IMG/VR virus record: IMGVR_UViG_3300028591_000074
Span: 32,001 to 96,000 of that record
Direction: 5' to 3' (one strand)
Origin: a virus
Lineage: Duplodnaviria; Caudoviricetes
Length of the DNA: 64,000 bases
A model generated the notes under the pieces. That model was not told the origin of the DNA. It made no database searches and saw only the letters and a list, made by a program, of their open reading frames with translations. The position numbers were made by a program, and so were the translations under genes. Positions 1-10,214 of this stretch are shown here, piece by piece (position 1 is the first letter of the stretch; each line of letters starts with the position of its first letter).

Positions 1-806
1 AAGTCAGAATCTGTATTTTTTGATGATGCAGCTATGATTTTCCCATAGACATCACCCTTTAATCGGAATGTACCAGATACACGTGCATTTACTGTATCAT
101 ATAGATGTTTCATATGTTCTTTTGCTAATGATATATCCTTTACACCAGACTTAGCAAAGTTAGTTTCATCCATCATGCAGCACCAGATCTGCATACCAAG
201 GAAATTAGATGCAGATGATCCAGCAATAATTTCTATATCACCATCAGGCATGTATATCTGATTTACAGTACCACGATTCATAGAACCATGTTCCATAAAC
301 CATTTGGAATGTTTTAATGCTTGGTTAAACTCTGTAAATGCAACTCCGGCGGCCAAGTCCTTTGTCAGATTAGCAAATGCTAATGTAAGTTTTGAATTTG
401 GTTGTAATCCAAAATATCCTTGTGGATCACGATAAAGCATCAATTTATATAACATATATGCCATAATCTTTACAGAGGTTGATGTTTTACCGATACGTGT
501 TGCTCCACTAAGTATAATTTCGTTATATTGATTTCCATGGTTGAATATATCCGTCAAAGTTTGTTTCCAAAATGGATATACCATTTCACCATTCTTAGTA
601 GTTTCTCCAAGATAATATGGATCACAGATAAATTGCTCTATGGATACAGGAACTTCCTTAAAATCTGCAAGCCACACATTTCTATAAGTTTCAGAATCCC
701 CTGTATCTACAATTTCTTGAAGAATCTGCCGAAGTATCATCTGTTCATCATAAGAACAGGTACTATATATATTTTGAATTCGCTCGATTACGGATTCATC
801 TATCAC
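1..806 (-). CDS. terL: Terminase large subunit, N-terminal ATPase part (runs off window start)
   Basis: Manual translation from GTG at 806 gives ...NEIILSGATRIGKTST (Walker A) and ...CCMMDETNF (Walker B), open to position 1. Absent from the ORF track because there is no stop in the window. The start overlaps the upstream stop (GTGA). Confidence 0.85.
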   Translation of the reverse strand, partial: MIDESVIERIQNIYSTCSYDEQMILRQILQEIVDTGDSETYRNVWLADFKEVPVSIEQFICDPYYLGETTKNGEMVYPFWKQTLTDIFNHGNQYNEIILSGATRIGKTSTSVKIMAYMLYKLMLYRDPQGYFGLQPNSKLTLAFANLTKDLAAGVAFTEFNQALKHSKWFMEHGSMNRGTVNQIYMPDGDIEIIAGSSASNFLGMQIWCCMMDETNFAKSGVKDISLAKEHMKHLYDTVNARVSGTFRLKGDVYGKIIAASSKNTDSD

Positions 807-1354
807 TTATTCTTCACCTTCTTCTTTGGTTCGGAGGATTCTGATTCTTCAACTTCCATAGGTCCAAGTATTGATAATACTTGTTGTGCGCTTGTACGTA
901 ACTTATCTCTAGATGATTTAGAAAGTATGCTTGCCCCATCCGGTGCAGATTGCACAGATGGAACTTCTTCAATAATGTATTCTTGAATATTAAGATATGG
1001 CTCAAGTATCTTGTGACTTTCTATCATATTCTTTTGTAGTTGTTCCTGCAATTTAAGGAGTGTAGCCCATGAAGTAATATTGTCGGTGTCAATCGTATCA
1101 AGTCTTCGTTCGATAGATTCATATAACTTCTCTTCTATACGATCCATCATATCCAAGTATCGTACAATTCTTGTAATCTGATGATATACACGCATCACGG
1201 TTATCCGTCGCATAGTCTGACTCACAGAATAAGAATCATCTGGACAACACAATAAGGACGTGCGCATTTTCGCCACGTCCTCACGTTGTTTCTGTATTAA
1301 TGGATCTGACATAATAGATGCCGGAAGAGTATCAACGGTTTTGACGTTCTTCAT
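803..1354 (-). CDS. Hypothetical helical protein, candidate terminase small subunit
   Basis: 183 aa, translationally coupled to terL; the function is inferred from position only. Confidence 0.4.
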   Translation of the reverse strand: MKNVKTVDTLPASIMSDPLIQKQREDVAKMRTSLLCCPDDSYSVSQTMRRITVMRVYHQITRIVRYLDMMDRIEEKLYESIERRLDTIDTDNITSWATLLKLQEQLQKNMIESHKILEPYLNIQEYIIEEVPSVQSAPDGASILSKSSRDKLRTSAQQVLSILGPMEVEESESSEPKKKVKNK

Positions 1355-1378
1355 TCTGTATTCTCCTTATATATGAAA

Positions 1379-1795
1379 TTATCCCATCCTTTGAAGATTT
1401 TGAAGATCAAGAAGGATTACACTAAGATCTGCAATTTCTTGCTTTGCATACTTATCACCATTATTTGCAGCATCACCTAATGCATCAATAGCGTTTTTAA
1501 CATGATTAGATGCAAGTGAGTAAAACTGCTTTGCAAGTCCAAGGTTCTTTTTTGCTTCAATATCTTCTGTAGAATCTTCTTCCAAATCATTAATATCTTC
1601 TACAGATTCTACGGATTCAGAAGATTCTACAGACTTTGTGGAATCACATTCTTCAATGGGAGTTTCTTTTGTTTCTTCTATTTCTTTAACTTCTTTCATC
1701 TGTTCAGATTCTTTTACTTCTGCATTGCATCCAGCATCTACACAATCTTTCTTTTTCTTTTCAATCTTCATTGAACCGTCTCCTTTACCATCCAA
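1379..1795 (-). CDS. Hypothetical acidic protein
   Basis: ORF within a tightly packed minus-strand operon. Confidence 0.6.
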   Translation of the reverse strand: MDGKGDGSMKIEKKKKDCVDAGCNAEVKESEQMKEVKEIEETKETPIEECDSTKSVESSESVESVEDINDLEEDSTEDIEAKKNLGLAKQFYSLASNHVKNAIDALGDAANNGDKYAKQEIADLSVILLDLQNLQRMG

Positions 1796-2064
1796 AGTTT
1801 TGCATATGGTGTATCATCACTGTTAATAAGTTCTTCAAATTTATCTAAAGCCTTAGCCAAATCTTCATCATAATATTCTACTTCTCTGGTATATAGACGA
1901 AGATTACTGAAAGCATTCCGAATACTATCTAAATCTTGACAAGTTTTATAAACCTCTATTTCTAAATCGGCTAATGCTTCTACTGCATCAAAATCCCAGA
2001 TATAATTTCTGATTTCTCTATATAGCCGATTATATTGATATTGAATTTTGGTACAATTTATCAT
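1768..2064 (-). CDS. Hypothetical protein
   Basis: Overlaps neighbouring genes; GAGG SD upstream. Confidence 0.65.
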   Translation of the reverse strand: MINCTKIQYQYNRLYREIRNYIWDFDAVEALADLEIEVYKTCQDLDSIRNAFSNLRLYTREVEYYDEDLAKALDKFEELINSDDTPYAKLWMVKETVQ

Positions 2065-2255
2065 AAACCGAATACCTCAATTTCTTTGTTGATAAGTTTG
2101 TTTATAACAGAAGAATCTACAATATTATTTCTTGTCATAGATGCTACTTCTGAATAGATATTCATATCCTGTATATCCATCACATAATACTGATAATACT
2201 CCTCAAAAGATATACAAGGTAAATCACAAATTGCCTGTTTCAGTGTTTCTAGCAT
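2061..2255 (-). CDS. Hypothetical protein
   Basis: 64 aa, coupled to the next gene. Confidence 0.5.
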   Translation of the reverse strand: MLETLKQAICDLPCISFEEYYQYYVMDIQDMNIYSEVASMTRNNIVDSSVINKLINKEIEVFGL

Positions 2256-2565
2256 AATAGATATCCTCTATCTTCTGTACGAGTTCCAATGATTCCTTTG
2301 GAACGTCAACAATCGTGTTTCTATTTGCTATGTGAATGTTATAAAACCATTGAAGTGCATCTATACTTGAAGATAATTGATCAGATGTTGGAATTGTTAT
2401 AGTTTCACCACCTGCATACTTACACAGTTTTAGCAAACTTTCATATCCAACAATAGAAAACAATTCCGGTAGCCATGCAAACTCTGGAACATTATGTAGC
2501 GGTAACATTAGTTCCAAAAGGTATGCAAAATCAAGTTCTTCTGTTATAGGAAGTTTATTTTTCAT
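2224..2565 (-). CDS. Mor/C-like transcription regulator (putative)
   Basis: LLKLCKYAGGETITIP resembles the Mor-family GGxxIxIP motif. Confidence 0.45.
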   Translation of the reverse strand: MKNKLPITEELDFAYLLELMLPLHNVPEFAWLPELFSIVGYESLLKLCKYAGGETITIPTSDQLSSSIDALQWFYNIHIANRNTIVDVPKESLELVQKIEDIYYARNTETGNL

Positions 2566-3307
2566 CAGATTCCTTAATTGGTTCTACTGGTTTAGTGGAT
2601 TGTGTAATATCAAATACAATGGCATTATCAGTACGTGCAAGTCGGTTAAAATCTAAATGACCATAATCTGCGGAATTAAGAGAAGCAATTGTGGGTTCCA
2701 TAACATTATTAAGATTGATAGAATCTTTATAATATACCCAAAGTTCGTTTTCTACTTTTACAGATACAAGTCGAACCCCAGATGTAGATTCCTGACTATT
2801 TAAAAATCCCATAATGGAATCTGTTTGGTCTGCAATAGTAACTACTGGGTTGGTCAGTGGAATTTCAGATGCCATAACAGGTTCAGCAGGTACATCTGTA
2901 GATTCAGATACCTCGGTAGTTTCTTCCTTAACTTCCGTAGTTTCAGTTTCTGCAACTGGTGGCTCACCACCTTCTCCTTCTTCTGCTCTCATCATATCAC
3001 TGAGATGATGGTCTGCACGATGTGGTGCAGATGGTGCAGATGATGGTGTCGAACTTACGTTCACATTTACATCAACATCTTCAGAATCTTCCGGTTTATT
3101 ATCAGTTTCCGGTTCAGAAGTTTCCTTGGGAGGTTCTTCCGATTGTGGATGTTTATATTCTTCATCAAGATATTCAGAAAGTTGCTGAACGAGTTCTACA
3201 TTGATTGGATCAGAAATAGCTGCACGAATAGCATCTTGTCTTTTACTTGATTTATAAAATTTACTAGCAAATATGGCTTGCATTTCAACGCCCTCCATAA
3301 TAGTCAT
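2555..3307 (-). CDS. Hypothetical protein with acidic low-complexity linker (possible virion protein)
   Basis: 250 aa with an E/T/P-rich centre; likely start is MQAIFAS. Confidence 0.6.
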   Translation of the reverse strand: MTIMEGVEMQAIFASKFYKSSKRQDAIRAAISDPINVELVQQLSEYLDEEYKHPQSEEPPKETSEPETDNKPEDSEDVDVNVNVSSTPSSAPSAPHRADHHLSDMMRAEEGEGGEPPVAETETTEVKEETTEVSESTDVPAEPVMASEIPLTNPVVTIADQTDSIMGFLNSQESTSGVRLVSVKVENELWVYYKDSINLNNVMEPTIASLNSADYGHLDFNRLARTDNAIVFDITQSTKPVEPIKESDEK

Positions 3308-3340
3308 AATCTAATCTGAAACGATCTATTCTATAGTACA

Positions 3341-3937
3341 TCACTTCGTCTCCAAATATTCTCTAGCAACCCCCATATAATAATATGGTTTATCCGGATT
3401 ATTGCTTTGGATTGTATATGCGAAGTAGAGTAAGCAAGTATCACCATTAAATGAATTTCTAAAAGACATTCTATACTGGTGATATCCAATTTCCATATTC
3501 AGCAATTCAGATCTAAATTTATACCAAACTCTATATGGTTCGTGCTCCCATGGAGTTTTCTTTTTAGAAGCGGTAGATTCTTCTGTGTCAGTGTCTGTAT
3601 CAGAATCAGTATCACTATCCGAATCGGAATCACTTTCTGTATCGGTATCTGTGTCACTATCTGTATCGGTATCCGATTCAGTATCGGAATCTGAATCACT
3701 ATCAGAATCTTCCAAAGGAATTGCTGTATCTGCTATTTCATCTACTTGATACAATTCATAATCGTGTGCAATATATGGTGGAATACGTATGAACAAATAT
3801 TCTTGAACCTGTTGTAAACTGAAAAGTTCACTTACCATTGCAACATCTTCATGAACTACCGCATCAAGTCGAAATGCAGGAAACTCTTTTTCTGGTGGTC
3901 GTCTATGACTTAATCCCATGAAATTGTCCAACACCAA
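3341..3937 (-). CDS. Hypothetical protein with internal Asp-Ser/Asp-Thr dipeptide repeat
   Basis: DSDSDSDTESDTDTDSDTD... tract. Confidence 0.7.
   Translation of the reverse strand: MVLDNFMGLSHRRPPEKEFPAFRLDAVVHEDVAMVSELFSLQQVQEYLFIRIPPYIAHDYELYQVDEIADTAIPLEDSDSDSDSDTESDTDTDSDTDTDTESDSDSDSDTDSDTDTDTEESTASKKKTPWEHEPYRVWYKFRSELLNMEIGYHQYRMSFRNSFNGDTCLLYFAYTIQSNNPDKPYYYMGVAREYLETK
3578..3710 (-). repeat. Degenerate 6-bp tandem repeat encoding a (DS/DT)n tract
   Basis: About 20 Asp-Ser/Thr dipeptides with synonymous codon variation. Confidence 0.85.
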
Positions 3938-4179
3938 TCAGGATTAGCTGCACGATCATTTTTATAAACCATATACCCCTTGGACTTCAAAAGTTCAACC
4001 ATAGCATCACTAAGTTCTCTGCTCCACCGTACTGAATATGCTCCAGTGTTTGCGGCATTATTGATTGCATGAGCTACAGATTGTTGTTCAAGGATAAATG
4101 GGGCTTCATCTGCTCTTTGTTTTGCTTCAGATGCAGTAACCAAATCAATTTGTTGATAAATAGGGGTTACGAAATCCAT
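3910..4179 (-). CDS. Hypothetical protein
   Basis: 89 aa with GGAGG SD. Confidence 0.7.
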   Translation of the reverse strand: MDFVTPIYQQIDLVTASEAKQRADEAPFILEQQSVAHAINNAANTGAYSVRWSRELSDAMVELLKSKGYMVYKNDRAANPDWCWTISWD

Positions 4180-4421
4180 GTTCAGTCCCTCCGAAAATTC
4201 GTTCTATATAATATAAAAGGTTGCATAGTAATTTTACCACACAACCTTTACAATTTCTATTCCTTTATTTTATTCTGATCTTGTTGTTTCTGTATCTGCC
4301 TTAACTTAAACTTGTAAGATGGGTTTACACATTTCGATAGTTTACAATATCCGGACTCATCTCTACAAGAACAAAATTTGTTATCACATTTTATCACTTC
4401 ATTCAGTTCATCATTCATAGA

Positions 4422-5231
4422 CTATTCACCAAACAAATTATATGTTTTTGTTACTTTCCGATTTAAAACTTTACCATCGGTTAGAATGATTTCTTCACCA
4501 TCAATACGCTTTTGCGCTATATCGAAATAATGTTCATCTAATTCTATACCGATAAAATTGCGGTTAAGGAATTTACATGCAACACCTGTTGTTCCGCTAC
4601 CCATGCAGTTATCTAATATAGTGTCACCTACATTTGTATAAGTTTCGACTAAATAAGAAATCAGTTCCACAGGTTTTTGAGTTGGATGCAATCGTTCCCT
4701 TGGATTATCACGATTTATACGCAACACCTGTGTTGGATATCTTGTACCATCATCACTATATTCAATCGGCTTTGTGGTCTGCTCATATCCAGACTGCGTA
4801 ACTGACCACTGAGCATTTTCACCAATCTTATTTGTAACACGCTTCCCAATATGTTCTGTCTTTTGTGGATGGTAAGTACATTGATTTTTATAGAATACCA
4901 TAACATTTTCAACTGTTTTACCAGGTCTGCGCTTTACCTGAAATATATTTGTAATTCGTTCTTTTTCCCAATACCAATCGTACTTATAATCGTTTATGTT
5001 ACTCATTCGAACATAAGTGGAAAATGGTTCTTGACCAAACAATATAATCACGCCATTCTGTTTTACAATTCTATTATACTGTTCCCATAGATTAGTAAAA
5101 TCTAATACATTATCCCAATCAATCGGTGTTGTACCATATGGTGGGTCACAAATTATTGCATCAATAGTGCTATCCGGTATATCTGACATAAGTTCTAGAC
5201 AATCACCTTGCCATAATGTAATATTACCCAT
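4422..5231 (-). CDS. DNA N6-adenine/N4-cytosine methyltransferase (beta class)
   Basis: GDCLELM, DPPY catalytic motif, HPTQKP, DNCMGSGTTG SAM-binding motif; start reassigned to MGNITLW. Confidence 0.92.
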   Translation of the reverse strand: MGNITLWQGDCLELMSDIPDSTIDAIICDPPYGTTPIDWDNVLDFTNLWEQYNRIVKQNGVIILFGQEPFSTYVRMSNINDYKYDWYWEKERITNIFQVKRRPGKTVENVMVFYKNQCTYHPQKTEHIGKRVTNKIGENAQWSVTQSGYEQTTKPIEYSDDGTRYPTQVLRINRDNPRERLHPTQKPVELISYLVETYTNVGDTILDNCMGSGTTGVACKFLNRNFIGIELDEHYFDIAQKRIDGEEIILTDGKVLNRKVTKTYNLFGE

Positions 5232-5232
5232 A

Positions 5233-6015
5233 TTAATCACCGTATTTGCAATTAAATAAAAACTTAGCCAAAGTTGCATGTGGTGCAATTCGACATACAT
5301 CAAGTTCACGGACACATTGTACTATGTATTTTTGTATGCGCTTATCGGTAAATACACTCATCATATAATTAAGTACAAACCGGATATCAGTTTCGGAACG
5401 ATCTTGGTAGTGCCCTAATTTCCACGAAAGATTTGATACACAGTCATTTAGCTTGAACTCAGATTTGAACTTCTTATAGTAATCCAAATACTCAGGTTTC
5501 ATCTTATATACATAATCAACATCTATGAGACTACGGACTCCTTTCCATACAGGTAATGATTTCATAGACTTATATTTTTCAGAATCTATAATTTTTGCAT
5601 ATTCATCTACATCAGACAGAATTGGTTGACCAATTGACACGCATGTACTTCGGCTTATGATTGTTTCAGGAATGTTATACCTGTTCCTACAAGTAACAAC
5701 TATATAAACATTTGATGTTGGTTCTTCCAGAAATAGAAGTAATGTATAGGATGCAGAAAGTACACCTAAATCAAGATTCTCTATACAGAATACGATTGGA
5801 CTTGTGATATCAACACTCCTATCCAAGGCTTCACGAATCGACTGTACGTTCGGTTGTACGAACGCAATATCGGAAATGTTCAGCATTTTTGCATATTGTC
5901 TTGCCAAATATGATTTTCCACATCCAATTGGACCTTCGATAAGTAAGCTATGCCTGTCAGATTCTGCAAGTTGCTTCAGTTCTTTCATTGGACTTTTCTG
6001 AAATCTAAGTTCCAT
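5233..6015 (-). CDS. holB: DNA polymerase III delta-prime-like clamp loader subunit
   Basis: GPIGCGKS P-loop; LLFLEEP...IPETIISRS matches the delta-prime LLKxLEEP...LPTIxSRC pattern. Confidence 0.7.
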   Translation of the reverse strand: MELRFQKSPMKELKQLAESDRHSLLIEGPIGCGKSYLARQYAKMLNISDIAFVQPNVQSIREALDRSVDITSPIVFCIENLDLGVLSASYTLLLFLEEPTSNVYIVVTCRNRYNIPETIISRSTCVSIGQPILSDVDEYAKIIDSEKYKSMKSLPVWKGVRSLIDVDYVYKMKPEYLDYYKKFKSEFKLNDCVSNLSWKLGHYQDRSETDIRFVLNYMMSVFTDKRIQKYIVQCVRELDVCRIAPHATLAKFLFNCKYGD

Positions 6016-6939
6016 CTATTCTTCCATCTCCATAAATTCCAAACTCGGAATATGCTTAAACCGCATCAGTCCAAACAGGTAAATTAAACTCAATTTTGCA
6101 TCTGTCGCATACGATCTAAGTTTTCGTATTTCTTCATATGTATTCATAAACATATTATAAATATCCGATTCAAACCAATACTTTGCATAATCCTTTAAAT
6201 TAGACTGAACATATTTACTATTGCTAAGTATCTTTTCCAATTCAACCATGGTAGATAATATTGTATAGAATATACTGTCATAGTCATCCACAGTTTCTAA
6301 GTAATTTACCAGATAATTGAAATTCTTTGTTGCTATAGCAATTTTTAAATCATCCACAGAATGACTTTTCTGTTTACCGAACAACGCAAGTATTTGTTTG
6401 TCGGACAATAGAAATATCCGTTCCACATCTACCATAGACATACTTCGGCACATATTCTTTGCGTCATTGTAGTCTGTTCCATACTGTGCAGCAAGATTAA
6501 TTAGTTTATCCGGTAATTTGGGAAAATCTGTATGCAAATACTTAATTTTGAAGTTAATTCCCACAGAATCAATTTTAACTGTATAATTTTGCAAAAATTT
6601 ATACAGTTTAGTCATATGTTTGTCTGATTCGTATATACAAACTACTGTTCCTATAATGTTTGCAGAATCAATTTGCTTTTCAGTTTGATCCGAAAGATTA
6701 GATACAAATGATTCATCATATCGAACAATATAAAGCATTGGTTCCAGCGGAATAATATGCATGGTGGACATAATTTTCAGAACGTCATTCACAGATTGAT
6801 ATTCTTCATATTTTCCATAATGTTCTTTCAAAATATCAAGATACTTACACTTGATACCATATTCCGATCCACCAAACACATAAAATTTTCTCGGAGTATT
6901 GCCAAGAATCTCCGTACCGACATCTTGAATAGTTAACAT
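6016..6939 (-). CDS. holA: DNA polymerase III delta-like clamp loader subunit
   Basis: N-terminal FYVFGGSEYG resembles HolA YLxxGxExY; 307 aa; adjacent to the holB-like gene. Confidence 0.55.
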   Translation of the reverse strand: MLTIQDVGTEILGNTPRKFYVFGGSEYGIKCKYLDILKEHYGKYEEYQSVNDVLKIMSTMHIIPLEPMLYIVRYDESFVSNLSDQTEKQIDSANIIGTVVCIYESDKHMTKLYKFLQNYTVKIDSVGINFKIKYLHTDFPKLPDKLINLAAQYGTDYNDAKNMCRSMSMVDVERIFLLSDKQILALFGKQKSHSVDDLKIAIATKNFNYLVNYLETVDDYDSIFYTILSTMVELEKILSNSKYVQSNLKDYAKYWFESDIYNMFMNTYEEIRKLRSYATDAKLSLIYLFGLMRFKHIPSLEFMEMEE

Positions 6940-7433
6940 GAAATAAGTTCCTCAAATGCAGATAGTTTCATCAATAATAAACGATTTCTCTTAATAGAAA
7001 TTTCATTTGACTTAGTATTAAATGCAAATAGGTATGCTGAATTGTAGTGATCCAATATAGAAAACAACATATCATCTGCGGCAAAGGACAAGGAATTCTT
7101 CACATCTTTTGGAAAATCAACAACAGTATAATCATTTGGAAGTTCACGTTCTGGTATAATAACCCAAGTATATTTTGCAAGCTGAGAACCGTTATCAGAA
7201 AAATACGCAGGATATTTAAATCTTGCTGTGGCTTCTTCCCAAATCTTCTTCCAAACCTGCTCTTTGAATACAACCCTATGATCTTCTACATGAGTTTTAC
7301 ATTCACCAAGCCAACCTTCACCAGATACATCACCTGGGAAGTTATTACGTGAGCCGCTACCAGTTACTTGTTTCCAACCGAGCAACTTGGCAACCATCTT
7401 TTCTTGTTTATCACTTGCTTCTTTCTTAGTCAT
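6933..7433 (-). CDS. Hjc-type Holliday junction resolvase (PD-(D/E)XK)
   Basis: E...GSGS...PGDV...ECK motif; start reassigned to MTKKEASD with GGAG SD. Confidence 0.7.
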   Translation of the reverse strand: MTKKEASDKQEKMVAKLLGWKQVTGSGSRNNFPGDVSGEGWLGECKTHVEDHRVVFKEQVWKKIWEEATARFKYPAYFSDNGSQLAKYTWVIIPERELPNDYTVVDFPKDVKNSLSFAADDMLFSILDHYNSAYLFAFNTKSNEISIKRNRLLLMKLSAFEELISC

Positions 7434-7464
7434 AACTAAAACATCTCCATAATATTCAATATTA

Positions 7465-8700
7465 TTAAACAACTTTAGTAAAACTTGTTATAAATCCGTT
7501 TCTGTTCTGTACTTTATCAATCTTTTTATAACTAATTTCCTTCTTAAAATCCTTATCTATTAAGTCTTTAATCTGAAAACTACCGCTCGTTCTTAGAGAA
7601 TTTACATAACATAACTTACTATTCCATCTAACAAGGTCATATCTATGAAATCCAAACATCTCATAAGAACATTGATTTCGTTTTACAATACCCTCTTTTA
7701 AGATTTTGTCTTTATAAATCTTTCTATTATGTCGCCTTACTTTCTTCTGATAATACACTGTACCACTTGTTTTAGCTAAGGGATTGCCACTTATGCATCT
7801 TGCATCGATGAAATGATCTTTAGGCAATCCATTCTTTATACGATTGTTTTTTGTAATATACCCAAAAGTCATATGAACATTCGGATAGTTCTTTTTTAAC
7901 TCACCGTAGAAAGTCCATCTCATAATACCCATAAATGCAGCATCTTTAAATGATGCACCACGCTTGATACTTTTAGGCAATATTACAGATCCTTTATGGT
8001 ATCCAGTATGACAAGTTTCACACAAAGTAATCAGATTATTAGGTGCATTGCCACCTGTCTTTCTGCTTTCAATGTGGTGTACATTTAATATCTTATCACC
8101 AGATTTACCTTTGCAACATTGGCAAGTATGGCTATCTCTCCATAACACGTATTCCCTTATATTCCAAAAATTTAATTGATCACCATGCTGATATTCTTCG
8201 CCTTGTATATCCGGATTCTTAATCTTCTGGATATCAAAACTTGCAGTTTCAACTGTAATCTTAAATACAGGAAGAATCTTATATACATCTCTAACTACTT
8301 GTAAGTGTGTTTCAATTTTCTGCCTTACAGAAGGGGCTAACCACCCCTCTTCTCTTTTTCGGTTATAAAATCTAGCCTTACGGTATCTTGTTTTTCTGTT
8401 TCTTCTTGTTCTTCTTGCTTCCCTTTTAGTAGAGATAAGATCAACAATATCATTCCTTAGTTCGACATCTGCTTCGTATAATACTTTATTTTCAGTAGTT
8501 GCCGATACACCAATATGCTTACTACCAGCATCAATACCTAAGCTGATAGGTTGTACGTTTTCTTCACAGTCAAACAAAAGCTGAATAGTAAAAGGTACCT
8601 TCTTAACAACTTTTGCTTTCTTGTCCCTTAACAGATGTCTTGCTTTAGCCTCTTTACAAGGCATTAACGGGTTTTCGTTCTTATTTATTACATACACCAT
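7465..8700 (-). CDS. iscB: IscB RNA-guided endonuclease (RRXRR/PLMP + split RuvC + HNH)
   Basis: PLMP, GIDAG (RuvC-I), Arg-rich bridge RRTRRNRKTRYRKARF, VET (RuvC-II), CQCC...HHI...CETCH HNH, DHFIDA (RuvC-III). Confidence 0.93.
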   Translation of the reverse strand: MVYVINKNENPLMPCKEAKARHLLRDKKAKVVKKVPFTIQLLFDCEENVQPISLGIDAGSKHIGVSATTENKVLYEADVELRNDIVDLISTKREARRTRRNRKTRYRKARFYNRKREEGWLAPSVRQKIETHLQVVRDVYKILPVFKITVETASFDIQKIKNPDIQGEEYQHGDQLNFWNIREYVLWRDSHTCQCCKGKSGDKILNVHHIESRKTGGNAPNNLITLCETCHTGYHKGSVILPKSIKRGASFKDAAFMGIMRWTFYGELKKNYPNVHMTFGYITKNNRIKNGLPKDHFIDARCISGNPLAKTSGTVYYQKKVRRHNRKIYKDKILKEGIVKRNQCSYEMFGFHRYDLVRWNSKLCYVNSLRTSGSFQIKDLIDKDFKKEISYKKIDKVQNRNGFITSFTKVV

Positions 8701-8935
8701 AATTTTAAATTCTCCTGTATGTTAGAGTAAAATCTCCCACGACAATGTTATCTTGAGGTTTTATGTCAGCAACACTGTTCCGACAATAACAGAACTGTTT
8801 AATCACTGCCCTTAGAGCTTCAGGCTGGAAGTACACCAAAAGGTAACTATGTATTCTCAAGTAACGTAGTTATTAAGATGCATTTTAATATTTCATCTTA
8901 GCAACTCAGTCTGATTATCCTGTTCCGTCCGGAGA
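8701..8935 (-). ncRNA. omegaRNA (HEARO-like) of IscB element 1
   Basis: Upstream non-coding stretch with typical blocks CAGACTGAG...CTACGTT...GCTCT...ATTAAACAG...AAAACC...ACATTGTCG; boundaries approximate. Confidence 0.75.
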
Positions 8936-8998
8936 ACATATTATATACAAATATCTTAATGATATTCAACCGTACATAATATTATTGTGGATAATAAG

Positions 8999-10168
8999 CT
9001 ATTCCTCAAAATCTTCAAGTGTATCGAATGATGTCATATTTGTATCACTTGTAATATACTTTTCAAGCATATCATAATATTCTTGATGACTATTCAGATA
9101 TTCATATACTTTAGCCATACCCTGAACCTTTAGAACTTTACCTGTTTCAGGATCATCCAGAATTTCACCAGTGAATGGGTTTGCAAATGTAAACCATGCA
9201 CCTGACTTTTTAATCAAATCATACTTAGTAAGTGCAGTCTGTGCAAGGTCAATATCTTTACGAATACCGGACTGAGCCATCAGATAATAAGATGCATTTT
9301 TCCTATCAAATGGTGCAGTTTTCTGTTTCGTAAGACGTACATTGATGATATATCCAGCAGGATTCTCAGACTTCTGTGGAAGTTCGTTTCCAAGGAAATC
9401 TACTGGATTCCCAATACTAAATTCAAGCATAAGTGATGAATAAAACTTAACTGCCTGACCACCTGGAGTATTTACTGCGTAGGGATTAATCAAGTTATCC
9501 CTATTCTGATTAATAAGAATCATAGTACAGTCATACCTATCGAGAAGCGGTACTGCCTTTACAAGAAAATCGGTCATAAGTCCAGCTAAGGCAGCTACAG
9601 TCTTTTCACCAAGTTTCTTTTTAAGTTTAGATTCAGGTATCAATGATGGAATACTATCAATAACCAATAATCCCATTTCACCAGTTTCAATCAACTCAAG
9701 TGCGGTATTCAAAATTTCCTCTGCAACTACATTTGGTGGTTGCATGATTTCAATATGCTCTGGATCTACACCAAGTTTTTCAGACCATTCTTCATCAAAC
9801 GTATGTTCCAAATCAATATATAATATTTTCTTTATGCCACGGTCTTTATACTCTTCTAGTTCCGCAGCAACTGACTTATTTTCAGTCAGTTTTTCCTGCA
9901 ACATAAGAATGTGGTCATTATATTCCTGTTCAAAAATATCATAAGCATTTTTACAAATATCAACACAAGTGGAAGTTTTTCCAGAACCATACTTCCCATA
10001 AAAATGAGATATTCTTCTTCGCGGAACTCCACCATAAGTTGCATAGTTTAACATTGGACTTGAAAACGGAATCTTTGGACTTCTTTTTGCCTTTGCACTA
10101 TCCATAAGTTCGGCACAATTCCAATCCTTTTTCTTCTTGTTAATAATTGATGCAAATGTTGCGGCCAT
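8999..10168 (-). CDS. recA: RecA/UvsX recombinase
   Basis: GKYGSGKT Walker A, YIDLEH, LLVIDSI, INQ.R, TPGGQAVKFYSS, KSGAWF. Confidence 0.93.
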   Translation of the reverse strand: MAATFASIINKKKKDWNCAELMDSAKAKRSPKIPFSSPMLNYATYGGVPRRRISHFYGKYGSGKTSTCVDICKNAYDIFEQEYNDHILMLQEKLTENKSVAAELEEYKDRGIKKILYIDLEHTFDEEWSEKLGVDPEHIEIMQPPNVVAEEILNTALELIETGEMGLLVIDSIPSLIPESKLKKKLGEKTVAALAGLMTDFLVKAVPLLDRYDCTMILINQNRDNLINPYAVNTPGGQAVKFYSSLMLEFSIGNPVDFLGNELPQKSENPAGYIINVRLTKQKTAPFDRKNASYYLMAQSGIRKDIDLAQTALTKYDLIKKSGAWFTFANPFTGEILDDPETGKVLKVQGMAKVYEYLNSHQEYYDMLEKYITSDTNMTSFDTLEDFEE

Positions 10169-10214
10169 TTAAACCTCGCATAAATTACAAACCGGAATGA
10201 TCCGGGGTTATATA

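Larger units (their letters stand above)
7465..8970 (-). mobile_element. IS200/IS605-family IscB element (no TnpA in window)
   Basis: iscB plus omegaRNA inserted between recA and the resolvase gene; ends approximate. Confidence 0.65.

Noticed and set aside
528-986. Plus-strand 152-aa ORF and the many other short antisense ORFs in the track
   Set aside because: They are shadows of well-supported genes on the opposite strand (here terL and its upstream gene), with no RBS or recognisable motifs.
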